A stretch of 64,000 nt of DNA from Bispira polyomma (lineage: Eukaryota). The notes below the pieces were generated by a model. It was not told where the DNA came from, searched no databases, and was given only the letters and a program-made list of their open reading frames with translations. Location: contig OZ287759.1 in the NCBI GenBank assembly GCA_965649765.1, positions 13,020,001 to 13,084,000 on the forward strand, written 5' to 3'. The translations under genes and the position numbers were made by a program. Below, piece after piece: positions 1 through 12,180 of the stretch (position 1 is its first letter; each line of letters opens with the position of its first letter).

Positions 1-453
1 TCAGAATGTACATGTTTTATCTTGTTGTCTCTATAACAGCAGTTGATGTTAAGGTTGACCAAGGTCACTTGGAAAGGGATTCAGTGACACATGACTATCA
101 TTCAAAGTTGATAATCCAAACCCCTGTATATCTGCCTGTATCTGGGAGCCCCTGGCTGGGTGCTCCAAAATTAGTTGCTCACTTACTTACTCTGTTTAGG
201 TAATAGTGTGACAGGTAAAATACTATATTAAATATTATATTACAATCATATATATTGATATGGTATCCTCATATGAATGAGGATAGGTACAACTTAATTT
301 TGAACATCTACGTGATTACTTCACCAGACCATGTGTTTCAGGGGGCACTATTTTCACAATTTTGATCAATTGGTTGCATAATACATCACTCAGATTTATT
401 TATTATAAAGAAACATTTATTGTTTGGTGTCCTATTTTTACCATTTTACACAG

Positions 454-454
<1 letters not shown>

Positions 455-486
<32 letters not shown>

Positions 487-510
487 TGTGTGTATGTGTG
501 TGTGTGTGTG
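455..510. repeat. (TG)n microsatellite
   Basis: Interrupted TG dinucleotide run; source of spurious VCVC/THTH ORFs. Confidence 0.95.
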
Positions 511-1173
511 GCACAAGAACATGTATTTGACCATTTTTTATCCCTAGTTTCTTACATATATACTCAAAAAAGAAACATAATGATATTGGTATATGATCCT
601 GAGTAAAGCAAGTAATAAGCTTATTGTTACTTAATTGTTTTGTCAAGTTAGAACACCCGTGTCAGATAAGACGTACTATTAGACACTTATGGCAGGACAA
701 GAAAACATCCCAAAAACTTATTGGTCACATTTGGCTTGCCTGTTTTTTCTTCATATTTCATAACTAGTTAATGGAATATAAACGGTTGGTGTAATGTTTG
801 ATGTTTTCACTTCTATGGCACCTTAATCGATGACCAGGAATACTGTACAAAACCCACGTCACGACAAATGCACCAATATGATGTCCCTAAAGGTGGGAGT
901 CACTAACAAATGGTAATAGACCAAGGTAAACAGGATTACCAAATTTAAAACATAAAGAATGTCATGCATATATATATATAGCTTACTTTGGGATTTATTT
1001 TAGGCATGTTGATGGGGGCTGTAGATGCCAATGTGAAAATGGTTTTTACTTATTAAAAAAAAGTTGATTGCAGATAACTTCAACAAATTTCATCATTACT
1101 ATAATATTGCTTAGGATTGTGCAACGTTTACAAAACAACAGTAACAACTATTTGTTGTGCTATATCAGTGTCA

Positions 1174-1478
1174 CTATAAACAAACCACTGTGAGGTCACT
1201 GAAGGTGTCCTCTGGGTGAGCAGGGTTACACCACCTGGTACGAACACTGGCATGGTAATAGGTGTTAAGACCAAGGTAGACATGGGTTGCTGGTGCGATG
1301 GAGAAGACACTGTACTGTTGATCAAAGTACAAGTACATATCGCCAGTGTCCTTAAGGTAGATCATTCTCTGCCAAAGGAAACTTTCCGTCATCCAATACT
1401 GGCCATTGATTAGTGAGGTTGACCCAGTTATCAGGATGGAGCTACACTCACTGGCTTCTTCTGCTAGACACTCTACAA
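1174..1478 (-). CDS. Terminal coding exon of PAN/Apple-domain protein (unnamed ~95-aa domain)
   Basis: Minus-strand acceptor ttttatttctag at 1479-1490; phase 1 joins exon 4738-5055; reads VVECLAEEASECSSILITGSTSLINGQYWMTESFLWQRMIYLKDTGDMYLYFDQQYSVFSIAP...RWCNPAHPEDTFSDLTVVCL* with TAG at 1174-1176. Confidence 0.8.
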
Positions 1479-2409
1479 CTAGAAATAAAATAACAAATTT
1501 GAAACAAGGGCATTCAATAATTTATTTTATTTTCACGTTGTTTTTTTTTTTTTTTTTAGATTTAGTGTCATTTATTACAAAATCAAAAAAAGTAATAATT
1601 GTTTCCTACCAAGGTAACATGAGGATGTATAATTTAATATTGCTAACCAAGATTTTTCAGTAATATACATTCAAATTTATGTTGTTGGAGTTTTTTTTCA
1701 TTAGCATGAGTAACTCACTAAAAAAACCTCTCCAAACTTATCTTCAAAGTACAAATTTGATGCTTTTTCATTGCTATTTTTTGGTTTTTGTCTAAACGAT
1801 GTCTTATAATAAACAAAAAATCTAGAAGACCTCGCTGTCTGTTTTTCTTTCTACATTTACTGATATAATATTTAGCAATTAACAATACATAATTTAGAAC
1901 ATATTACAGCCTTTGGTCCACATTAAGTAATTGTATTAATACTTCAAGCACTATAGATGGATATAGATACTGTCAATATTGCAAACAGCCATCTTTTAAC
2001 TTGGCACCAAAAGTCTTTAATTCTACTGCAATAGAAAAAAAAACAATGTTCTAAATTATCAACCTGGTTACAGTCATTACACAGAGAAAATGTTCCACAC
2101 TAAGAGTTTATAACTGAAAGCATAAATTCTATGTAATATTGTGAACTGTAGTATGGTATCAAAGGTATCTTTTCAGAACTTTAAAGGGTAGGAGGTACAC
2201 CTTTTGCCACTCTAGGGAGTCAAGAAAAGGATAATATTCCACCCATTTGGTTTGGATAGTTGTGATACTATAAGACCTACCAATTGGACGAGCTTGTATG
2301 AACTGGTGTAAACTTCTGGCCATAAACTGGTGAGATTAGAGCCACATATTATAGACAGGACTGGTGTAATCTGGTGTAATCTGGAGCAAACGTTGCATAA
2401 CCTGCTTAT

Positions 2410-3009
2410 GGCCTGGTCACACCTACACATGTTAACATCCCCCAATGTAGCACAGCCATATAAACTGAAAACATGGTAGTTACGTGTCAAAGTGGCGTCA
2501 TTAATCATGGGGAAGTCGATTGTGACGTTTTGTGACATTTTTGTGACGATGTTGGTACTTATACACACAAAGCGGAGGCAAAAATCGATCACTTCACTGG
2601 TAGGATATCCCTACCTACTACTAGATACAGTTAATATACTGCTACTTACTGGTGCATTCAGTTGCCTTCTGCTACTTAGTGAAACGTTTTTTCGACCAAC
2701 GGAGACGAGTGGAGTTGATCTCACTACTTACTGGGACTTTCTCGCTACCTACTACTACGTAGAGCTACTTTCCAAGATGAACAGAGAAACATGGTGAAAC
2801 GGGAGTTGTGACACGATTGTTTTAAACAGTTTGAAACAATTGTCACAGCAGGAAAAGAGGAGACTTTTCCGGAACGATATCATCCGTTAGGCAACATCAC
2901 AGAACGAGCGCACCAGGGATCTCCACTTTGGCATTACCTTCTAGGACGTTTCCAAACAGTAAAAACGTGACACACACGTAGCTCCAGCACTTGTAGGTGT
3001 GACCAGGCT
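2410..3009. mobile_element. MITE family A copy 1 (PIF/Harbinger-like)
   Basis: TIR gcctggtcacacctaca / tgtaggtgtgaccaggc; body shared with copies at 8885, 34653, 50109; no coding capacity. Confidence 0.85.
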
Positions 3010-4362
3010 TTTAGATCTGGTCTGGTCTGGGCATAAACTGGTCAAAAACTGGTCAGATATTGTAAAAAAACTGGTCATATTGTGGGCATAATCTGGGTTT
3101 AAACGGGCATATCCTGGGCACAATCTGGTGAATGATATCCAAATAAACATTTTCTTCCATTCTCTCCCAATCAGCAAAGTTCGAATGATCAGGAGTAAAT
3201 GGGTATAAACCAGGACCAGGACTTGGACATTATGATTTCCACATATAAGACCTGCCAACAAGTTCATTATATACTCGTTTCTAATATATATATGTATATA
3301 CATTCAATGTTGTGTTGCAAATGAAAAGGCAGTTTCAGACACAAAGCATATCCTAATAAAATTGACAAATTCCTAATATCTTGGTGTAGCTATATTTTCA
3401 GTGCAACTATTGTTCTTATCCAAGTCACACATTGGCTGAATAAATAAATGCAAAATATAGTTTTCGGGTGATCTTATCATAAATTACATTGTTTTCAATT
3501 TCTAACGTTTGGTTATAAAAAATGTACTGAGACCAATTCTAGAATTATGTCCACATAAAACAGGTTTTTTATATACAGGACCTTACAGCAGAAGCGTTCA
3601 GAATACATAGTAATTTTGACCAATTCATTTCGCAAAGGACTCGTCACCGTCGCATCTCCAATTTGTAACAATGACATCAGGCAATACTGCGTAGTATCAT
3701 GCATGTACTGATATAGCCAAGATGCCCTGTGGCTTATTCATAGATATATCAATCATTGGCAAAAGTTAGTTCTCGGATGAACAGCTGGATGCAGTAAATA
3801 TAAACACTACACCCTTTTCAAACATTACACCCTTTCTAAATAAAACATATGTTTTACCAACGTATACAAGTAATACTGCTGCAATATAATTTTAACAATG
3901 TTACACCAATGGTAATAATTAATAGACTAACTGCGTTGCCCAATCCGGAGACACGGTTTTGTGGAGGGGAGGAGGGAGCTAGTAGTAGTAAAAGTAGTAA
4001 ACATATTTTGTGATATGGTGATTGCCAGATTTTCAGTGCCGGAGGAAACCAGTAATAATGTATGTATGGAAATGTTAAAATTAGCTTCTATAGAAAATTA
4101 GTTACACATTTTTTCCGGATAACATTTCTTCTTAACCAGTATATATTTACACTTATATCGATACTGTAAACCACTGATCTATTGCAAGTACCAGACATTC
4201 TTTATCACAAGAACCACTTGGATTCGAACCACTCTCCTTAGAAGTGAAAGAGAAGTAATTGTTTTCTACCACTGTGGCCTTGTGGAGAACACACTCGCTT
4301 GAAAACTTGAGGCACTGTGTCTGATCCCATGTGCAAATGTACACAGTGGCTTGGATGACTAA

Positions 4363-4500
4363 CAGGGGCGTAGCCAGTGTAGAAGCCAGTACGCCCAGGC
4401 GTACCAATTTAATGACAAAAAATACCATAATAAAAAATAACAATTTATTGACAGAATGACACCCCCCCACAAATTAATGTTAGCACAAAAACAAACATTA
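4363..4500 (+). mobile_element. Partial copy of CAGGGGCGTAGC-ended non-autonomous DNA transposon
   Basis: caggggcgtagc...agtacgcccaggcgtac.aatttaatgacaa shared with 46496-46823. Confidence 0.65.
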
Positions 4501-4737
4501 TTTGAAGCTACCCAAACTTGCTAAAATACATTTGGTCATATGTACTAAACTAGCTAATAATAGTAGCAGACATCAAAGTTGGTGACGTTTTGGAAATATT
4601 GAGTCTAACTAAAGTCTCATCTCAGACTTTCTATCAATTCTAAAAAAACAGTGGCCTATGAAGTCCACAGTCCATTAAACTCACATATGTGCATTAATAT
4701 TATATAGGTAACCCTGTCAAAAGCCCATTCTCCTCAC

Positions 4738-5055
4738 CTGAATATACAGTGGATCCCACATACGGAAACTTGGTGAGATCGAATCGGTCTTCTTCTTGCG
4801 GGTGCCCCGCAATCCAGGCATTCATCAGATCACATGACTTCATGACCTCGTTGTACTGAAACGACCAGCAGAGAGTGTCGTACAGATTGTTGGTCCTGGC
4901 AGCAGTACACAGGGCAGCGCATTGCTTGATGCCACTCACTGGCTGGTGGTTACTGACAAAACCTGTATGAGAACTCAGCTGCTGATCAGTGTACACTTTT
5001 TTAAAGGTGTCCTCTTTCCAGTAGTCAGACCCCGTCACCTGATGATTACATTCTA
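4738..5055 (-). CDS. Internal coding exon encoding a PAN/Apple-like domain
   Basis: Acceptor ttttctatttcag, donor gtgag; 318-nt symmetric phase-1 exon; ECNHQVTGSDYW...IKQCAALC...LCWSFQYNEVMKSCDL fits the PAN C-x3-C...C-x-SF-x-Y...C-x-L pattern. Upstream exons not located. Confidence 0.85.
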
Positions 5056-7412
5056 CTGAAATAGAAAACCGGCCAATGCTTTATTATGTTATGATTTGTC
5101 AATATTGTTATAAATATTGAGCATTTATGGTATAGTGACCTATTGATGTATCATTCTGTAAGGCATGCATCTCTCCAATTGGGATAATAATGTCATAACA
5201 TGTCACCAGTAGGCAATGGCAATTTCAATGATGTGCTCCCACCAAGAGCTTATATCGGCATCAGCAGGACTCAAACAGGGGACCTTCTGATCACCAGACC
5301 AACTCCCAAACCACCACATCACATGAGACTTTTTGCTGCCATTTAAAAGTGTAGGTATACATTATTCTAAGGTTATTGTAATTCAACATACATACCCTCA
5401 ACATAAATATATTTTTTTTTGTTTTTTATTGAAAGTGTTTTATTGACCTTTCTTTGACTGTGACAACCCACAGATGTGAGAAAAATCCAATCGATCTCCA
5501 ATTATACTTATATATGTTTTAATCTTTGTTCTCAAACAAATTCTAGTGTCCACACTGGCCTAGTGGTTAGAAGCACCTTCGTCAATTATGTGGGTTTGAA
5601 TCCTGTTTTGGTTTTTTGCTTCATGTGGGAAACTTTATCAGGTACTTGCAGTAGGGTCGGTGAATAAAATACTGGATCCACTCTTCTACCCGGTACCACT
5701 TCAAAAAAAATATTCTTTTTTCTTGGGCCATGCACAATACCTCTACCAAATAATTTAATGTAAATCGGTTCAATATTTTGTATTGAACTTACTTATCAAT
5801 CTTTGTGAACCGAACAAGATAATCCAACCGAAATAATATGCCAGCATTGTCACCTGATACCAAGCAAAAAAAAATCTGTATTTTAATTCTTTAGAATTAC
5901 ACATATGCAGCTACTATACAGTAAAGTGTATCCAATGTTAGAAATACCTGTGATGAAGTCATAAAATAAACCAATATGTTTTTTGGTTAAGTGGTAATCT
6001 TGTGTTTTTGACTTTATTTTGAAGCAGTGCAAATAGAAGATACTTAAAGGTTGATGGTAATGAACAACTAGTCTATCGACAAAGTGCTGTTTGTGGAGCT
6101 TATGCAGATGACAATTGACGTTCCACCTAGTAAAAGTGTAAATAATGATTGCTGTATTGGCCTACTTAAAGGTAGCCACCATTATTCCAACTGTTTTAGC
6201 AGAACAAATAAATTTAGAACAAATAAATCATCGTATTTATACACCAAGAGGTTTAACCTTCATGCCTTTAAAGCCTTAAATGTTTAGTTTATTTGGGTTG
6301 GTTTTGTCATGTGGTGATGGCCAGATTATGTGGAGAAGGAAACCAGTAATAATTCAAAAGTGAAAATTCAATTCAGGTGCTGGCCTTGAAAAGTGAAATT
6401 TAAGTCCCAGTGGACTTTTGACTATGTATGAATTTGAACTAAAAGGTGCAATAGTGAAATTCTTTAAAAGAGTAAAATTAAAAAAATTGTCCAGCTAAAA
6501 ATTATGCTTATCCACTATATGTTTACGTCGATAGCTGTACTTTTCAGTGCTTTACTTTTGCTCGAGCACTGTGTTGAAGCATCTCTTGGATTAAATGTAG
6601 TTTGTCAAAGTGTCTCCTGTAAAGTGCTGACAATTATTCAATTGTAATTACAGTCGCTATATCAATTTTTATAAACGCAAACCAACCATAAATCTGCTTT
6701 TAAGTAGCTGAAATATCACATAAACAGATGGGATTTCAAACCACCATCCTTAGAGATGAAAGATCAGTGATTGTTATCTGCCACTGTGGCCTTGTGGATA
6801 ACATACTCGCTTGAAAACACAGAGGAACCGGGTTCGATCTCTGCATGTGGCTCCCAGGTACAGCCAAATACACAGTAACTCAGGTGACCACATTAAAGTG
6901 TAAAAAGTGTGCTCTCACATTAGGTCATATCTCTAGTGGCAGGCTAATAACTTTTGAGATATTGATCAAATGTCATATTCAAGCCTCTGTCTTGTCCCTT
7001 ATTTGACAAAATTATTCCCTGAATAGACACATAGTTGAACATTATATAGTCACTTGTTTGAAGCTGTCCAGACTTGCTAAATATTTTTGTCATATGTACT
7101 AAACTAGTACATTGTGACTTTTGCCTCCATTTCTTAATCCACAAAAAGTCATAATGCACTCCATCAATTTAAACATTCTTATACTTATAATTATTCTTAG
7201 AAAACCTAATATTTCTAAAAATAAATCTTTATAAGAATTTTGGTAGTCACTAAATTTATTATTTTTTGAATTTTTTCTAAGGATGATCTTCGATTCTAAT
7301 AATGGTCAAAACCTTACTTAACTTAATAAAAAGACATAGCATGCTTATGTATTTGATGAATATTAATTTGACGAGTCATTTAGGTTTTCTAAAGCTGGAG
7401 TTAGCTGAAATA

Positions 7413-7610
7413 TTAGGCTACTTTGCAGGTGCTTGGAATGGATCCGAATACGTATCAGTCAAAAATTAGAAACAGTCAAAGCAGACACACAGAAGACGGA
7501 TTTGTATATGGATCTGCCGATCTGGCCAGGATAAATTTACACAGATTTTGTTTCTAATTTTTGACGGATCTGGATTCGGATCCCTTCCAAACACCTGCAA
7601 ATTAGCCTAA
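7413..7610. mobile_element. Hairpin MITE with ~60-bp inverted arms
   Basis: Left arm ttaggctactttgcaggtg...aaaaattagaaaca is complementary to right arm tgtttctaatttttg...cacctgcaaattagcctaa. Confidence 0.8.
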
Positions 7611-8884
7611 CATTTCACATATTTAAACACATAAACACTCATTATTTGCCCATAATTTGGCCGGATTTTCAGTCCTGCGTGAATTGAAGAAAAGAAAATC
7701 TGATTTTAAATGATTAGACCGATCTAGATCCAGATGCGATTCTGTGTGACTGGACCTTACTTGGATATTTGGAAATGAGAGTATTATGAACAGTGGTCAC
7801 ATGATTACCATAAAAAATGTGTGTCTACATTTTTATTGACAATTCTTAGCTAAGAAAAACTTTGATAACAAAATTTTAGTTTAAGTATAATAATGTTAGA
7901 GAATAGGAGCGCAGGACAAGTCTAGAAGCTGTCAGAATATATAATAATATAGCACCAATTGTCATCAGCATACAGAAGAATCATGTAATGTGGTGTCTTT
8001 TGTCTGGTATTCAAAGAGCCAACAATCAATCTTTTCTTGGCTGCCCCAGTACAGCCAATCAGCACCAGTAACTGTCATTCCCCTAATGTCACTGAGATCC
8101 AAAAGAAGTCCCACTAAGAGTAATATGAATTTTGTCTGGTAATCAAAGGGAACACAAGTATTTACTCCAAGATCCCAAGTTGTGGTATTTATTTCAACAT
8201 ATACCTACATCACAAGATTTATACAGCAAACTCTTCTATTGTAACATGACTGGATATACTGGCATATGTACCAGATAGCAGATCACTAGATTTCTAGTCA
8301 ATCAATACACCTGGATTTCTCTCTTTTGTCAAAGATTTTTATGGTCAAATAAGTTAAGGCCCAGACAATGGGTGGTCGGGTGCAAAGACAAAAAATAATT
8401 GGTAGTCCAGCAGACTCCTTCGTTTGAATAATTCTACGTGAGGCCGAATTATCTACAGTTCCCGACAATAGTTTTCTATTGGGGTGGAATAGGTTAAAGA
8501 AACATACTGAATACCCAGAAAGTGTTACTAGGAACTAATCTTAAGAAAAAGCTGGAGTAGTGAAATTTAATTTTCAAGTGCAAATTTGACAGTGTATTTA
8601 TACTTTGACTGAAATTATACAAGAGTGAAAATTTATTTCGACATTAAACGATGTGGTGTGGTTCATTTTTGTATCACAGACAGTTACGTATCAGTATGTT
8701 AGACTATGCCACCTCTCACAACAGTTATGCAAATATACATTAAACCATGCTGCATCCCTGTATTTGTGAAAAATGTTAATCCAGTGGGACCTGGGTTTTA
8801 AGATTTGTCACGTTGCTGCTTCATTATAGTTACGGATTTAGGAATTATTGCTAATAAGTATATACAAGAATACTTGAGTTATGA

Positions 8885-9485
8885 CCTGGTCACACCTACA
8901 CGTGTTAACGTCTCTCAACCTACCCAATCAATATACACTGAAAACGTGGTAGTTCTGTGTCAAAGTGACGTCATTTACAAAAAGGAGTAGTCGATTGTTA
9001 CGTTTTTGTGACGTTTCATGACGTTTCATGATGATGTTGGTACTTTTACACACGGAGCAGGGGCAAAAAACGGGCCCTTTACTGGTAGGATATCACTGCT
9101 TACTACTAGGTGTAGCTACAGTACTGCTACTTACTGGTGCGTTCTGCTGCTTAGTAAAACAAATACAATGAGTGGAGACAATCTCACTACCTACTGGGAC
9201 TTCCACGCTACCTACTACTACATATAGCTACTTACTGATACATCTATGCTACTTTCGGAAACGTTCGGGGACAAACGGAGAAACGGGAGCTGTGGCTGTA
9301 GCGTTTCAAACAGTTTGAAGCACTACACAAAAAAGACAAAACGTTTTGGGTACGATTTTATCCGTCGGAAAATGTAAAGAAACGATCACAGAAAGGATCC
9401 TCACTTGCTACTACGTTTCAAACCGTTTCCTAAATTCACACAACGTGACACAAACGTAGCTCTAGAACGTGTAGGTGTGACCAGG
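8885..9485. mobile_element. MITE family A copy 2
   Basis: TIR cctggtcacacctacacg / cgtgtaggtgtgaccagg; same internal sequence. Confidence 0.85.
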
Positions 9486-9514
9486 ACATTACTACACAGG
9501 TAACTACACATATA

Positions 9515-10101
9515 CGGATCCGGGAAAATTGCCCTCCTAGAAAACTATTCCCCTAGAAAACTGCCCTCCTGGAAAACTGCCCTCATTCATTTTTGTGCGG
9601 GTGGAAAACTGCCCTTCTTGCCTCAGTTTATATACTTGGGAAATCCTCCTCTGGTATTTGTTATTTCTTCCATAATTAATGTGTGAAGTGAATGTACTGT
9701 TAAATACTTTACTCTGATAAAAGATAATGACAACTTACCATAGCTTTTATATACACTGATTGACAAAACCAGGTCAACTGTTGATTGTAACTGTTCCCTT
9801 GATTATTAAAGCCTGGGTAAATAGAAGAATTAATCCATAGCACACTTCAAACACACATACCTGCAATAACATTTGAGGAGCTACATAAAAGGACTGTACC
9901 TTTGATTATTAAAGCCTGAGTAAATAGAAGAATTAATCCATGGCACACTTCACACACATCATGATGCAATGGGTTCTGCCAGGGAGGACAGTTTTCCACC
10001 CCCACAAAATTGAAGGAGGGCAGTTTTCCAGAAGGGCAGTTTTCTAGGAGGGTAGTTTTTTAGGAGGGCAGTTTTCTAGGAAGGCAATTTTCCGCACACC
10101 C
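9515..10101. mobile_element. Non-autonomous element with long TIRs built from ~20-bp gaaaactgccctcct repeats
   Basis: Left arm repeats gaaaa(t/c)tgccctcc are mirrored by gagggcagttttc repeats at 9983-10095; internal ~60-bp direct duplication near 9800/9900; TA-rich flanks. Confidence 0.75.
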
Positions 10102-10847
10102 ATATATACAGATTATCTCCTTCGTTTTCTGCACGTATAGCCACTTTTTATCTGCTACAATATTTAATAACGGTTCAAACCTTCTGTAGCCAAGGCGCAG
10201 GTAGTGGCATATGTCTTTGTTTCTCTACTGGCAATCCAGGTTATTTTTAGGACAGCTTTATATTATCTTGTTTGTAATAACATGGCCATTCCGAGGGCAG
10301 AGCACTAAATGTGTGACTAGATTTCCAGAGCATGTTGGGGATTTGTATTGTTTTGCAGTTTTTGGCAGAACCTTATGTAAACACATTCTGACATTACGGT
10401 CTCTGATGAATTGTATCTGGTGAATCAGTTGGTTGTATTTATTGCATACATATTACATGTACTATTTTGCCATTCATTTACTTTATATGAAGTTTGTTTG
10501 TGACAAACCAAATGCTACATTTTCGAAACATTGTAAACAGAAAATGACTGACTGTGTGACATGAATCACCTGAAGTAATAGCTTAGCAGGCCTGACTGTG
10601 GTTATAATCTCAAAAAAATATATTTAATTTTACCTTTTGATTTTTTAGACTTGTTTTAGTCTGTTCAGGCTGTAGATCTAATATGCAAAGATCCTATCAC
10701 ACCTTATCCACTAAATGTTTTGCCTATGTCCAATTGATTGTTTGTTTGTAATCAGTGGTCACCAATTTCTCTGTAACTTAGTGGAGTGATGGGGCATCGG
10801 TAAAAGAAGAATCCATTAAATTGTGCAGCAGATCTGAGTAGATGGGC

Positions 10848-10962
10848 AGTGCAAACCTTGATCAACTGTATGCAGTGTTTCCTCCAGCGTTTCCAACTAC
10901 CCGTCCCAATATAACCTAAAACAAGTACTAGAGTGGACGTTAAATATCCCAATTCAATCAAT
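10848..10962 (+). mobile_element. SINE family S1, 3' fragment
   Basis: Matches the 3' half of the full copies (aaccttgatcaactgtatgcag...gtggacgttaaatatccc). Confidence 0.85.
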
Positions 10963-11307
10963 CAGTAGATGGGCCTATGCAAGATTGTTTCACCATGGCA
11001 CTCTGGCGGAGGTAGGTACTCTACTAGATATTGTTTTAGTTACTTAATCCTTTTTTTGTCAAGCAGAAAAAGAGGTGGATGAACACAATTGCTGTCCCAT
11101 GTCTGTCTATTATCTGCAGATAACAAGAACAACATATACAATATATATATTTTTTCTGCTAGATGCAAAGTCTCTTTAGAATAAAACAGGAGGATCTGCA
11201 GGCTTGGAGTAAACATGCCACTGTCAATAAATACGGACTACACTTTATTTGTGCGGTGGATTGCTTTTTGTTAGCCTTTCTTCGACGTCAGTGCCCAAGA
11301 GTTTAAT

Positions 11308-11500
11308 GGCAGCAGTAGCCTAGTCGTTGGAGGTGCTTCAAAATCACTGGTCTCTCACCAATGTGGGTTTAAATCCCATTCATTCCTTCATGTGGATAAG
11401 TGTGTCAGGCTTCAGCAGTTGTTTCCTCCACTATTTAATTGGGCCGTAGTAATACTCTAAACTGTTGAAAACGGCATAAAATCCAACTGAATCAAATTTA
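11308..11500 (+). mobile_element. Older diverged tRNA-derived SINE (S1-related)
   Basis: A-box tagcctagtcg, decayed B-box, tail ctgttgaaaacggcataaaa; similar relics near 5555-5690, 16020-16230, 21120-21340, 59180-59360, 60670-60880. Confidence 0.6.
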
Positions 11501-12180
11501 AAAACATGTTGAGCTGCGTAAATTGTTAAAAACATTCATCTAATGTAATAGTGCACTGTGACTGGCGTACTTAGTATGTGTTGTTGTTATGAATTTTAAT
11601 TGTTAGAGTTTTTAATGCAGTTATATCAGAACTGAGATAAGCTACTTCTAGTCGTGTAATGTTATGAAATAATGCATTGCACTTTAGCATGAGTCTCAGA
11701 CTTTCGGATTTTGTCCACCTGTTATTGAAGGTCCTACTAACCCCAAGAGAAGAAAGCTCAAAGACAAACGAATTGAGCTTACTATTTTATTATACATAAA
11801 TTTGAGGTGTTTGTTACTACTAGTACAATATATATATAGATCTATTAAGTATATCTGTTAGTTATACACATTGAATTAGTACATTACATATACTGATAAA
11901 CCTTTAATTGGTACATTATGTATTTTGGCAACCTTAACTTCACCCTCAGTATTTCAAGTTAAGATTGGTTTAACCATCAACTATGATTAGATTAACGTTA
12001 CTTTAAGGGGACCTATATGTTCCATTGATTTAACACTTAATCTAATCTAGTCGTACTTTTATAGCGCTTAATCTTTGTACAACAAATTCTAAGGCGCAAC
12101 AAACCCAAAACGTTAATCAAAAATCAAAAATAGAAGATGGAAGTCGTAACCAGGGAGACTACCATAAATGGTTGCGACGG

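Noticed and set aside
362-646. Cys/Val- and His/Thr-rich ORFs
   Set aside because: (TG)n microsatellite translation
10105-10570. Possible decayed coding fragment on the minus strand (…ICHYLRLGYRRFEPLLNIVADKKWLYVQK…)
   Set aside because: Stops in all frames and no motif I can recognise; would need blastx
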